From Armatimonadota bacterium (GTDB lineage Bacteria; Armatimonadota; Fimbriimonadia; Fimbriimonadales; GBS-DC): a stretch of DNA of 64,000 nt. Position 1 is the stretch's first letter, and every line of letters starts with the position of its first letter. The notes under the pieces were generated by a model, which did no database searches, was not told where the DNA came from, and was given only the letters and a program-made list of their open reading frames with translations. The stretch covers positions 204-64,203 of the forward strand of contig JBCNVA010000060.1 of the NCBI GenBank assembly GCA_039630445.1, written 5' to 3'. This document shows positions 9,777 through 18,878 of this stretch, one piece after another. The position numbers and the translations under genes were made by a program.

Positions 9777-11105
9777 ATGCAATCGAGTCTGTTTGGGGAG
9801 ACCCGCTCGGCGGCGCGACTGCCGCTGGCGACCCGCATGCGTCCGCGCACGCTGGAAGAGTTCGTGGGGCAGCAGCACCTGCTTGCTCCTGGGATGCCCA
9901 TTCGTCAGGCGATCGAGCAGGGCACGCTGGGGTCGGTCATTTTGTGGGCACCGCCCGGTTGCGGCAAGACGAGCCTCGCCTATCTCATTGCGCACTACTC
10001 AGGCGCGTTCGTGGAGGATCATAGCGCGGTCTCCGTTGGGGTTCAGGAAATTCGTCGGCTGGCGGAACGTGCCCGCCACCGCTTGCGCACGACGGGGCAG
10101 CCGACTCTCCTCCTGCTGGACGAGATTCATCACTTCAACCGCACGCAACAGGACGCCCTGCTGGGCTATCTGGAGGATGGAACCTTCACCCTGGTGGGAT
10201 CGACGACGGAAAACCCCTTCTTTGTGCTTTCGAACGCGCTGCTGTCGCGGGCGCGGGTGCTGACCCTCAAGCCGTTAGAGGACGAGGAGGTGCGCTTGCT
10301 GGTGGAGCGAGCGCTGCATGACCGCGAGCGCGGCTTGGGCGAGCTGGAATTGGAAATCGAGCCTGATGCACTGACGCATCTGGTCCGCACGGCAGCAGGC
10401 GATGCCCGCCTTGCGCTCAACATCTTAGAGACGGCAGCGCTGCAAACCCCGCCAGGGGGCACCATTCGCCTCGAACTCATTGAGCAGCTGTTGCAGAAGC
10501 CGATGGTGCGCTACGATCAGCAAGGCGATTACCACTACGACACCATCTCGGCGTTCATCAAGTCGGTGCGGGGCAGCGACCCCGATGCGGCGTTGCACTA
10601 TCTGGCGCGGATGCTGGTCGCGGGTGAGGATCCGCGTTTTATCATGCGACGCCTGCTGATTTTAGCCAGTGAGGATGTGGGGAATGCGAACCCGCTGGGG
10701 CTGGTGGTTGCGGCGGCAGGGACACAGGCGGTGGAGCGCGTCGGCATGCCCGAAGCGCAGTTGATCCTGGCACATGTGACGGTCTATCTTGCAACCTCGC
10801 CCAAGAGCAACGCTTGCTATGTGGCGATCAAGCGCGCGCTGGATGATGTGCGCACAAAGCCTTTGCCGCCGATCCCTTTGCACCTGCGCAACGCGCCGCA
10901 TCCCGCGCTGAGGGCGATGGGGCATGCGGAAGGCTATCTCTACCCGCACGACTTCCCAGAGGGCTGGGCGCCCCAAGCCTATCTCCCTGAAGGCAATTGG
11001 CAACTGCCCTACTACGAGCCGACCGAGCGTGGGCATGAGGCGTCCATTCGCGCCTTCTTGCAACAGCTGGAGGCGATGAAGCGAGCAAAGGGGACAAACG
11101 CCTAA
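9777..11105 (+). CDS. rarA: replication-associated recombination protein A (AAA+ ATPase RarA/MgsA)
   Basis: Walker A WAPPGCGKTSLA, Walker B LLLLDEIHHFN, MgsA C-terminal domain (DPDAALHYLARML..GEDPRFI). Confidence 0.9.
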   Translation: MQSSLFGETRSAARLPLATRMRPRTLEEFVGQQHLLAPGMPIRQAIEQGTLGSVILWAPPGCGKTSLAYLIAHYSGAFVEDHSAVSVGVQEIRRLAERARHRLRTTGQPTLLLLDEIHHFNRTQQDALLGYLEDGTFTLVGSTTENPFFVLSNALLSRARVLTLKPLEDEEVRLLVERALHDRERGLGELELEIEPDALTHLVRTAAGDARLALNILETAALQTPPGGTIRLELIEQLLQKPMVRYDQQGDYHYDTISAFIKSVRGSDPDAALHYLARMLVAGEDPRFIMRRLLILASEDVGNANPLGLVVAAAGTQAVERVGMPEAQLILAHVTVYLATSPKSNACYVAIKRALDDVRTKPLPPIPLHLRNAPHPALRAMGHAEGYLYPHDFPEGWAPQAYLPEGNWQLPYYEPTERGHEASIRAFLQQLEAMKRAKGTNA

Positions 11106-11458
11106 TCTGCCGATGCGTCGAGCGATTCCTCAAGGGCAGGTTCCCGCTCCTCCTCAGTGAGGGCAGTCTCGGCGCGGAGCAACCGTTTCGCCAGTGTCTC
11201 CTGCGAGAGGGCAGAAAGCACCACCTGTCCACTGTCCAGAAAGATAACACAGCGTGTGCGACGCCCCTGCGTGGCATCGATCAGGCGCGTACCCTCGTGG
11301 CGCAGCTGCTGCACCAGTCGCCTGACAGGCGCCGAATCGCAGCGCACCAGCGCCACAATCTTGTGGGTCAGCACATAGTTATAGAACCCCACATTCAACA
11401 GTGGAGGAAGGGTATTCGTGCGATCTTCACCCACCATACATGGTGGGTAGTTCGTCAT
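11102..11458 (-). CDS. remA: RemA-like DUF370 regulator
   Basis: LLNVGFYNYVLTHKIVALV..SAPVRRL..LIDATQGRRTRCVIFLDSGQVVLSALSQETL matches the RemA/DUF370 core. Start uncertain (ATG 11458 or ATG 11437). Acidic C-terminal tail. Confidence 0.75.
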   Translation of the reverse strand: MTNYPPCMVGEDRTNTLPPLLNVGFYNYVLTHKIVALVRCDSAPVRRLVQQLRHEGTRLIDATQGRRTRCVIFLDSGQVVLSALSQETLAKRLLRAETALTEEEREPALEESLDASAD

Positions 11459-11541
11459 CTACCTTTTGCATCCTGCCCACTTTTTTGCATAACATCTGCA
11501 GGATTCGTCGCCGTCGGAAACTGTTCCAACAGGGGTGGGGG

Positions 11542-12306
11542 CTATTCAGTCTCAGCCGCACCGCAGAGCAGTTCGCGCATGCGGGCAATCGCGCGCGTGT
11601 GCAGCTGATAAACACGCGATTCGGAGATGTTGAGCACCTGCCCAATCTCCTTGAAGGTCAGCCCCTCGTAGTAATAGAGGGCAATCACTTTCTGCTCGCG
11701 TTCCGAGAGCTGATTGAACGCCTCGTTGAGGGCGCGGATCTGCTCCCGCTCCGCCAGCTCCTCGTAGGGGTCTTCAGACGAGGCGATAACCTCAATCAGT
11801 GAGGTCGGCTCCTCCTCGTCACCATTCACGAGGCAGGCTTCCAGCGACACGATATTGGTGCGAGCATAGTCGAGCAGCAGCTGGCGGTACTCTGGTAGGC
11901 TCATGCCCAGCGCCTGCGCGGTCTCCTCATCAGTAGGCGGTCGTCCCAGCTGCGCTTCCAGATGCACCCAAGCGCGTTCCAGCTGGCGCAGCTTATCCCG
12001 TGCCGAGCGGGGCACCCAGTCCTCACAGCGCAACGCCTCCAGCACCGCGCCGCGTATCAGCGCAATCGCGTAGGTCTCAAACTTCACATTGCGCGTCGGG
12101 TCAAACTGGTCCACTGCTTTAATCAGCCCGATCGCGCCGTGGCTGTAGAGGTCTTCCCATTCCATGCCAGCAGGGGGATAGGGCACGATACGGGCAACCG
12201 TGAGCTTGACTAGGTGCGCGTACTGCTTGATGAGCTGCTCCCGTGCCGCCAGATCACCGTACACTTTGTAGCGTCGCCATGCCTCCTGAACCTGTACCGC
12301 ATCCAT
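11542..12306 (-). CDS. fliA: RNA polymerase sigma factor, FliA/WhiG (sigma-28) family
   Basis: Region 2 (GAIGLIKAVDQFDP..KFETYA), DWVPRS motif, region 4 HTH (LTFKEIGQVLNISESRVYQLH). Confidence 0.85.
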   Translation of the reverse strand: MDAVQVQEAWRRYKVYGDLAAREQLIKQYAHLVKLTVARIVPYPPAGMEWEDLYSHGAIGLIKAVDQFDPTRNVKFETYAIALIRGAVLEALRCEDWVPRSARDKLRQLERAWVHLEAQLGRPPTDEETAQALGMSLPEYRQLLLDYARTNIVSLEACLVNGDEEEPTSLIEVIASSEDPYEELAEREQIRALNEAFNQLSEREQKVIALYYYEGLTFKEIGQVLNISESRVYQLHTRAIARMRELLCGAAETE

Positions 12307-12330
12307 CCTCGCTCCCTCTCTGAATGGTGT

Positions 12331-12564
12331 TTATTCAGCGGGCGCTTCAGGCGGTGCCTCGGTGGGAGCTTCCGCGGGCACTGGGGGCGGTTCGAGGCGG
12401 CACATGATGAATGCCCACAGAGCGCCCGCGACCCAACCAACCATACCACCAATCAGCCCGCGCAGGGTGCATAGCAGCGGATCGACCCCTGCCACGATGC
12501 CGAGAATCAGCACCAGCATACAGCCAAGCCCGCCCGTGATGCGGGGCACGATCGTCCAGTTCAT
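12331..12564 (-). CDS. small two-TM membrane protein with Pro/Ala/Glu-rich tail
   Basis: 77-aa ORF with a GGAGGA SD; two hydrophobic helices; tail PPPVPAEAPTEAPPEAPAE. Lies directly upstream of fliA. Confidence 0.4.
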   Translation of the reverse strand: MNWTIVPRITGGLGCMLVLILGIVAGVDPLLCTLRGLIGGMVGWVAGALWAFIMCRLEPPPVPAEAPTEAPPEAPAE

Positions 12565-12661
12565 CCCGACGCATTCTGTCCTCCGTTATTCCCATAAGTC
12601 ATGCATAGCGAGCGGTTTTTGCATATGAGTGAACCCTGGGTTCATTCCCGCTCATCTGCCG

Positions 12662-14158
12662 CTACTCACCACTCGCTATGCGCCATTCGCGGCTCGCTAC
12701 CTCCCGCAGGGCGCGAGCATAGAGCGCCTCGTATGCCTGAGCCGAACGGCTCCATGACCAGTCCTGCCGCATAGCCGATTGCACCAGTGCCTGCCAGCGC
12801 GCCCGATCGGCGAACAGGGTTACCGCGCGCTCCATCGCCTCATACAGCGCAGCAGGCTTATAGTCTCGAAAGGCGAAGCCGTTGCCCACGCCGCTAATCG
12901 GGTCATAGTCCGTAATCGTGTCTGCCAATCCGCCTGTATGGCGCACTATCGGGATTGTTCCATATCGAAGGCTGATCAGCTGACCCAATCCGCAGGGTTC
13001 GAAGCGCGAGGGCATCAGGAACATATCGGCACCCGCGTAAATCTGGTGAGCCCAAGCGTTGTCGAAGCCTATCGTCACATGCACCTTCGCGCGATGCCGC
13101 TTGTGAAGCAGGCGGAAATAGCGTTCGTAAGCAGGGTCGCCCGTGCCCAACAGCACCAGCTGCACGGGCAGCTGCAGAATCTTCGCACCGATCGCCTTGA
13201 TTAAATCCAGTCCCTTTTGGTCAGTTAGGCGAGAGACCAGCCCAATAACAGCCCGATGGGCATCTGGGTGCCATCCACAGGCTTGCTGGAGGGCGCTTTT
13301 GCACATTGCCTTGCCCGACAAGTCCTCTGCGCTGTAGTGCGCGGGCAGGTGCGGGTCGGTCTGGGGGTTCCATTCCTCTTCGTCGATGCCGTTGAGAATG
13401 CCGCTGAGCCGATGCTGCTCCGCTAAGGTGCGCATCAAACCTTCCAATCGCTCGCCGTATTCGGGCGTCTGAATCTCACGGGCATAGGTCGGGCTAACCG
13501 TGTTGACCTGATCGCTGAAAAGCAGCCCTCCCTTCATCAAGTTAACCTTGCCATAGAACTCCAGCCCACTCTGCGAGAACAGGTAATCGGGTAGCCCCAT
13601 CTGCCCGAAAAGCTCCGCCTCAAAAACGCCTTGATACGCAAGGTTATGGATGGTGAACACCGTTGCGATCGACTCAAAGAGAGGATGGGGCAGCACGCGC
13701 AGATAGACAGGGATTAGCCCTGTGTGCCAATCGTTGCAATGCACAATCTGGGGTAGCCAACGCTCCGCGTATCGCTCAATAAAAGCGGCAACCGCGCGAC
13801 AGAAAAAGATGTAGGCGCGAGGCTCCACGCTGTAAATCCGAGTCGACTCGGTTGCTCCCTCAAACCAGTGGCTTCCAATAAGGTAGACGGGCAGCGATGA
13901 GGGCAGCGTTATCTGATAAAGAGTCGCCTGTTCCTGCCAGCCTGAATGGATGGGGACCTCAAAAGTCATCAACGGCTCAGCATGCCAGTCAGGATTGTGA
14001 AGGATCATCGGATAAGCGGGGATAATCACGCGCACATCGTGTCCACGCGCCCTGAGTGCTTTGGGCAAAGCTCCTGCTACATCAGCCAATCCTCCTACCT
14101 TGGCTAAAGGCGCCATCTCCGCTGCAGCAAACAGAATTCGCATCGGATCGGTTGTCAT
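12662..14158 (-). CDS. glgA: glycogen synthase (GT5)
   Basis: MRILFAAAEMAPLAKVGGLADV N-terminus. Start placed at ATG 14158 (GGAGGT 6 nt upstream), not the ORF-track 14278. Confidence 0.9.
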   Translation of the reverse strand: MTTDPMRILFAAAEMAPLAKVGGLADVAGALPKALRARGHDVRVIIPAYPMILHNPDWHAEPLMTFEVPIHSGWQEQATLYQITLPSSLPVYLIGSHWFEGATESTRIYSVEPRAYIFFCRAVAAFIERYAERWLPQIVHCNDWHTGLIPVYLRVLPHPLFESIATVFTIHNLAYQGVFEAELFGQMGLPDYLFSQSGLEFYGKVNLMKGGLLFSDQVNTVSPTYAREIQTPEYGERLEGLMRTLAEQHRLSGILNGIDEEEWNPQTDPHLPAHYSAEDLSGKAMCKSALQQACGWHPDAHRAVIGLVSRLTDQKGLDLIKAIGAKILQLPVQLVLLGTGDPAYERYFRLLHKRHRAKVHVTIGFDNAWAHQIYAGADMFLMPSRFEPCGLGQLISLRYGTIPIVRHTGGLADTITDYDPISGVGNGFAFRDYKPAALYEAMERAVTLFADRARWQALVQSAMRQDWSWSRSAQAYEALYARALREVASREWRIASGE

Positions 14159-14171
14159 GCTAAGACCTCCG

Positions 14172-14822
14172 TTAGCAGTTGGCGCGTTGCATCGTTGGTC
14201 GTGCGGGATGGTCCCGACACATTTGGAGCAATCGATAATACCCAGTGCGCCGCTGAGTCTCGACCGCTTCCGCCTCATTCGCTTCGGACATCACGGGACA
14301 CTCCCGTGTGACAAGTTCGGCAGCCACTGCCCAGTGTGCCAGGCGGCGCCCAACGGCGGCGGGCACACCTGCTAAGATTATCGGGATGTCGGGGCGGTTC
14401 CTGCAGAGCCATCGGAGGCAGGGACGCAGCGGGGGCAGCAGCGAAGGGATCGGCGTGCCTCCAGAGGGAAACCAGAGAATCACCATATCGGCAACAAGTA
14501 GCACCTCACGCGAACTACCCAGCAGATGCCACTCCTCGCTAAGATAGCGCCACTGACCCAACTCCACAACGCGGAACTGCGACGGCAAGCCGTACACATG
14601 GAAACGCGCCTGCAGATCCCATCCGACGGCAGCACGCGGTGCCAAACGCCAGTGCCACACAAGGCTGCCAGCAGGGATCTGAACCTGAGGGCTGCCGTGC
14701 AGGCGCAGATGCGCTTTGATGATGGGCGTAGCAGGCGCACGCGAAGGGTACCTGCCCGAAGCCGTCAGCCTCGCTTCGCTCCGCTGATGCAACCGTTGCC
14801 GCAAACCGCTTGCCTGATCCAT
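14172..14822 (-). CDS. hypothetical protein with an FlhG-type N-terminal DQAxxLR motif and no P-loop
   Basis: The ORF is open to 14921. ATG 14822 gives MDQASGLRQRL.. No Walker A anywhere; a weak MinD-like segment (EVLLVADMVILWFPSG). Start uncertain. Confidence 0.45.
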   Translation of the reverse strand: MDQASGLRQRLHQRSEARLTASGRYPSRAPATPIIKAHLRLHGSPQVQIPAGSLVWHWRLAPRAAVGWDLQARFHVYGLPSQFRVVELGQWRYLSEEWHLLGSSREVLLVADMVILWFPSGGTPIPSLLPPLRPCLRWLCRNRPDIPIILAGVPAAVGRRLAHWAVAAELVTRECPVMSEANEAEAVETQRRTGYYRLLQMCRDHPARPTMQRANC

Positions 14823-14930
14823 AAGTGTCCCTGTCGATTCACCGTGCTGCGTCCCCATCCTGCCGACCTGTAGAAAGTATCGGCTTTTGGAGGACAGGTC
14901 TAAAGCACGGAGGGGAAACATTCAAGAGGG

Positions 14931-14939
14931 GGGTATAAT
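14931..14939 (+). promoter_or_regulatory. candidate -10 element GGGTATAAT
   Basis: TATAAT at 14934-14939, 8 nt before GTG 14948. Confidence 0.4.
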
Positions 14940-14947
14940 CAGGCGGG

Positions 14948-15748
14948 GTGAACGGTTTTATGCCTGAGCAACAGCGCGGTGTTTCGGATATGGATGTGCT
15001 GCTGATGGTGTTGACAGGTGGTGCGCTGATGTGGCTGAGTGGTTGTGGTAGTTCAGGGAGCCGCATGCCCCTGCAAGCCGATCTTGCTCTGACCAGCGCG
15101 GATGAGAACACGAACGCAGCACGCTTGCGCAGCCTCTACGCGCCCCTCGCAGAGCGTGCCCGCTCCATGGAGAACGAGCGCATCACCGCCTCGCAACCCT
15201 TTCATATCCAGATAGAGACCACTACAGGTCCAGAAGTGCTGGGCTTTCAGCTAGTGCGGAATGGGGCTGCGGACTATCCCCACCTGCGCGTGGCGCGCCC
15301 CAAAACGGGCGAGCATGCGAACTTCGTCTTTGGCGGCTCGCTCTCCAGCGGCATCACGCTCCGCTTGACCGACGATCGCGGGCAGCTGCTCTATCGGAAT
15401 GGGCAACCGCTGGAGTTTTCCCTGTTCGACACACGCATGCGCACGCGCTCTCCGCAGGACTGGATCGCCACAGGCATCAAGATTGCCGCGCTGGCGTTTG
15501 TCATCTGGCTGGGTGCGGTCATCACGCGCGGGGTCGCTGCTGCTGTTGGCTTTGTGGCGTTCAACTTCATCCTTCTGGGGCTTTTGGCGGTGGCGGCAGG
15601 GGTCACGCTGCCAATCCTGCGCTGGTTGATCGACACCAGTGGGATAGATTGGGAGCGCGTGAAGCGATTCATCGAGCAGACGCTGGAGATGCTCGTCACC
15701 CTGCTGCAGGAGGTGGTGGACTGGCTGACGCAGCAGCGCGTGCGGTAG
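14948..15748 (+). CDS. putative lipoprotein with C-terminal TM helices
   Basis: Lipobox LMWLSGC. The functional start may be ATG 14990 (MDVLLMVLTGGALMWLSGC). Two or three C-terminal hydrophobic helices. Confidence 0.55.
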   Translation: MNGFMPEQQRGVSDMDVLLMVLTGGALMWLSGCGSSGSRMPLQADLALTSADENTNAARLRSLYAPLAERARSMENERITASQPFHIQIETTTGPEVLGFQLVRNGAADYPHLRVARPKTGEHANFVFGGSLSSGITLRLTDDRGQLLYRNGQPLEFSLFDTRMRTRSPQDWIATGIKIAALAFVIWLGAVITRGVAAAVGFVAFNFILLGLLAVAAGVTLPILRWLIDTSGIDWERVKRFIEQTLEMLVTLLQEVVDWLTQQRVR

Positions 15749-15750
15749 TC

Positions 15751-15759
15751 GGGTATACT
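15751..15759 (+). promoter_or_regulatory. candidate -10 element GGGTATACT for the SPFH gene
   Basis: About 40 nt upstream of ATG 15801; an AGGAGGG SD lies in between. Confidence 0.4.
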
Positions 15760-15800
15760 TTATTTGAGCTGCTCCAAGCAGCGAATAGGAGGGTATACAA

Positions 15801-16601
15801 ATGCCACCGCTATTCGATAATCCGATGACGGCGGTCATCGTAGCGATCGTGCTTTTTCTGATCGTGCTGCTGCGTGCGTCGGTGCGTGTGTTGCCCGAAT
15901 GGGAGCGCGCAGTGGTGCTGCGACTGGGACGCTTCCAGGCGGTCAAGGGACCGGGCTTGATCTTTCTAATCCCGATTATCGATGTGGCGCGGATTGTCGA
16001 CACGCGCATCGTCACGATGAATGTGCCCCGCCAGGAAGCTGTGACCAAAGACAATGTGTCGGTGACGGTGGACGCCGTGGTGCTGTTCAAAGTGGTCAAT
16101 CCCAAAGATGCGGTGGTGCAGATTACAGACTACATCCAGACCTCCAGCCTGATCGCGCAGACCACGCTGCGCAGTGTGATCGGTCAGGCGGAGCTGGACG
16201 ATCTGCTGGCGCGCCGCGATAAAATCAACCAGCAGCTGCAAGCGATTATCGACGAGCAGACCGAGGCGTTCGGCGTGAAGGTCACGAATGTGGAGGTACG
16301 CGATGTGACGCTGCCAGAGGAGATGAAGCGTGCGCTGGCGAAGCAGGCGGAGAGCGAACGGGAGCGCCGTGCAAAAATCATCGCGGCGGAAGGCGAATAT
16401 CAGGCAGCAGAGCGACTGGTGCAGGCTGCCGAGCGTATCGCGCAGCAGCCCGCCGCGCTGCAGCTGCGCTACCTGCAGACGCTGATGGAGATCGCCAGCG
16501 AGCGCAACTCGACAGTGGTGTTCCCTATCCCCATCGAGTTGATTCGTCCGCTGCTGGATAGCCAGCCGCGCCAGAACACGCCCCCCACGAACCCCGTCTA
16601 A
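15801..16601 (+). CDS. SPFH/band-7 (stomatin-like, slipin) protein
   Basis: N-terminal TM; VLPEWERAVVLRLGRF..GPGLIFLIP; coiled coil EAERERRAKIIAAEGE. Confidence 0.9.
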   Translation: MPPLFDNPMTAVIVAIVLFLIVLLRASVRVLPEWERAVVLRLGRFQAVKGPGLIFLIPIIDVARIVDTRIVTMNVPRQEAVTKDNVSVTVDAVVLFKVVNPKDAVVQITDYIQTSSLIAQTTLRSVIGQAELDDLLARRDKINQQLQAIIDEQTEAFGVKVTNVEVRDVTLPEEMKRALAKQAESERERRAKIIAAEGEYQAAERLVQAAERIAQQPAALQLRYLQTLMEIASERNSTVVFPIPIELIRPLLDSQPRQNTPPTNPV

Positions 16602-16631
16602 AGCACAGCGTTCGGTGGGGAACCCGCCATG

Positions 16632-16640
16632 TGCTATAAT
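16632..16640 (+). promoter_or_regulatory. candidate extended -10 (TGcTATAAT) for the histidine kinase operon
   Basis: TATAAT at 16635-16640 with a TGn extension, about 50 nt upstream of ATG 16690. Confidence 0.4.
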
Positions 16641-16689
16641 AGGACTATAGAGTCGCACTCATTCTAAGTTGGTGATAGCGAGGCAAGCG

Positions 16690-18408
16690 ATGAACTGGGA
16701 GCAAGCGTATACGGAGTTAAAGAAGCAATACGACCAGCTTAAAGCGGAATGGGAGCAAGCACGGTCGCGGATTCGGGAACTGGAGAACCAGCTGAAAAAC
16801 GGTGGGCGAGTCGCTGAAGTGACGGCAGCGGAGGTTGCCAGCCCCGCGAACTATGAAGCGACCCTGCGCCGCCTCGTGCGCCAGATCGGTGCCATCTTGC
16901 AAGCCGAGAAGGTCGTCTTCATGCTTTATGACCCTGAAGAGGGCGAACTGCGTGCCTACCCGCCTGCCTATGGCATCAGCGATGACGAACTGCGCCTGCT
17001 GCGCGTGCGCGCGACGCAGGGCGTCTCGGGCGAAGTGTTTCGTGAGGGGAAACCCATTATTGTGCATGACGCCATCAGCGACCCGCGCACCATCAAGGAG
17101 AATGTCGCCCTGTTCCATATCCGCAACCTCGTCTGCGTGCCGCTGATTTTGGAGAAGCGCGACGAGGAGAACCGCGTGATCGACCGCCAGACGATTGGGG
17201 TGCTGCACGCCTTCAACAAGATGCGGGGCGGGCACTTCATCGACGAGGATGTGCGCTTGCTGGAGCGCATGGCACGCAACGCCGCCGCCGTGATCGCCGG
17301 CATGCGCCTCTATCAAGCCATTCTCGAAGAGAAGGAGGAGCTAGTTCACACCATCGAGAGCCTGCGCGCCGGCTTGCTGCTGGTCAATCAAAACGGGCGC
17401 ATCAACCAGATGAACGCCGCCGCGCGCTTCATCTTCGGATTGGGACCTGATGTGCTGGGCAAGCCGTATCACGAGATTATCCCGAACGAGACGGTGCGCA
17501 ACATGGTGCGCGCCGCCATCGAAGAGGAGCGCGAAGGCGAACTCATCGAACTCACCGTGCAGCTCGACGGCAAGGAACATATCTATCAGGTGCAGAACGC
17601 CATCGTGCGCGGTGAAGACCAGAAGCCGATGGGCACGGTGATGATTTTCAACGACATCACCGACATCCGCAACTTGGAGCGCATGAAGTCGGCGTTCGTG
17701 GCAACCGTTTCGCACGAACTGCGCACGCCGCTGACCGCCATCAAGGGCTTCATCTCCACCCTGCTGATGGACTCGGAAGATGCCTTCACCTCCGAAGAGC
17801 GGCGCGAGTTTTATACCATCATCGACCAAGAAACAGACCGCCTCACCCGCCTGATTAATGACCTGCTCAACATCGCCCGAATCGAAGCGGGCGAGTCGCT
17901 CAAGCCTGTCTACAAAGAGGTGGACTTCTACAAGCTCTCGCAAAAGGTGGTCACCATCCAGCGGGCTGCCACCAACAAACATACAATCATCCACGATGTG
18001 CCCCCCGACCTGCCGCGCATCATCGCCGACGAGGACAAACTGGATCAGATTCTCACCAACCTTCTCAGCAACGCCATCAAATACTCGCCAAATGGCGGCG
18101 AGATCCGCGTGAAGGCTTGGGAAGAGGATGCTGACCACATCGTCTTCTATGTATCCGATCAGGGGATAGGGATCCCTAAGGAGCATCTCACCAAAATCTT
18201 TGAGAAGTTCCACCGGGTGGACACCAGCGACACGCGCAAGCAGTACGGCACGGGACTGGGGCTTTATCTGGTGAAGCACCTCGTGGAGGTCATTCACGGT
18301 GGGCAAATCTGGGTGGAGAGCGAGGTTGGCGTGGGTTCCACCTTCTATGTGCGCCTGCCTAAGATCCCGCCTGCCGTGAAGGAAGGCAAAGAGCAGGTTG
18401 AGAAATGA
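16690..18408 (+). CDS. GAF-PAS sensor histidine kinase
   Basis: Coiled coil, GAF, PAS, H-box [13 protein letters not shown] boxes ([26 protein letters not shown]). ATG 16690 preferred to TTG 16669. No response regulator adjacent. Confidence 0.9.
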   Translation: MNWEQAYTELKKQYDQLKAEWEQARSRIRELENQLKNGGRVAEVTAAEVASPANYEATLRRLVRQIGAILQAEKVVFMLYDPEEGELRAYPPAYGISDDELRLLRVRATQGVSGEVFREGKPIIVHDAISDPRTIKENVALFHIRNLVCVPLILEKRDEENRVIDRQTIGVLHAFNKMRGGHFIDEDVRLLERMARNAAAVIAGMRLYQAILEEKEELVHTIESLRAGLLLVNQNGRINQMNAAARFIFGLGPDVLGKPYHEIIPNETVRNMVRAAIEEEREGELIELTVQLDGKEHIYQVQNAIVRGEDQKPMGTVMIFNDITDIRNLERMKSAFVATVSHELRTPLTAIKGFISTLLMDSEDAFTSEERREFYTIIDQETDRLTRLINDLLNIARIEAGESLKPVYKEVDFYKLSQKVVTIQRAATNKHTIIHDVPPDLPRIIADEDKLDQILTNLLSNAIKYSPNGGEIRVKAWEEDADHIVFYVSDQGIGIPKEHLTKIFEKFHRVDTSDTRKQYGTGLGLYLVKHLVEVIHGGQIWVESEVGVGSTFYVRLPKIPPAVKEGKEQVEK

Positions 18409-18854
18409 ACCGGGTTCGCGTCGCCATCTGGCGTGCACCGGAGGCTTTGGATCTACCCCTGCCGAGTTATCACACCCCCGGCTCGGCAGGGGTGGATTTA
18501 TACGCCGCCATCGAGGAGCCAATCGTGCTGCAGCCGGGCGAACGGCGGTTGATCCCCACAGGTATTCGGATTGCCCTGCCCCCCGGTTATGAGGCGCAGA
18601 TCCGTCCCCGCAGCGGACTTGCTCTCCAGCATGGCATCGGCATGGTGAACAGCCCTGGCACCATCGATAGCGACTATCGCGGTGAAATCGGTGTGATCCT
18701 CATCAACTGGGGCAGTGAGCCGTTTACCATTCGGCGTGGCGACCGCATCGCCCAGCTGGTGGTCGCACCCGTCGCGCGCATCGAGTGGGAGGAGCGGGCG
18801 CAGCTACCCGAATCGGAGCGTGGCGAAGGCGGCTTCGGGCATACAGGGCGTTAG
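18405..18854 (+). CDS. dut: dUTP diphosphatase
   Basis: AGVDLYA, RSGLA and [10 protein letters not shown] motifs. ATGA overlap with the kinase stop. Confidence 0.95.
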   Translation: MNRVRVAIWRAPEALDLPLPSYHTPGSAGVDLYAAIEEPIVLQPGERRLIPTGIRIALPPGYEAQIRPRSGLALQHGIGMVNSPGTIDSDYRGEIGVILINWGSEPFTIRRGDRIAQLVVAPVARIEWEERAQLPESERGEGGFGHTGR

Positions 18855-18862
18855 CCCCCGCA

Positions 18863-18870
18863 GGTACACT
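18863..18870 (+). promoter_or_regulatory. candidate -10 element GGTACACT; pcrA probably leaderless
   Basis: TACACT at 18865-18870; 8 nt (aattcccg) to ATG 18879; no SD. Confidence 0.45.
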
Positions 18871-18878
18871 AATTCCCG

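Noticed and set aside
15251-16105. 284-aa minus-strand ORF
   Set aside because: It spans the intergenic region and parts of two well-supported plus-strand genes (lipoprotein, SPFH). Arg/Ser/Thr-rich with no motifs.
17341-18522. 393-aa minus-strand ORF
   Set aside because: It is antisense to the histidine kinase and dut genes, which have clear catalytic motifs. Shadow ORF.
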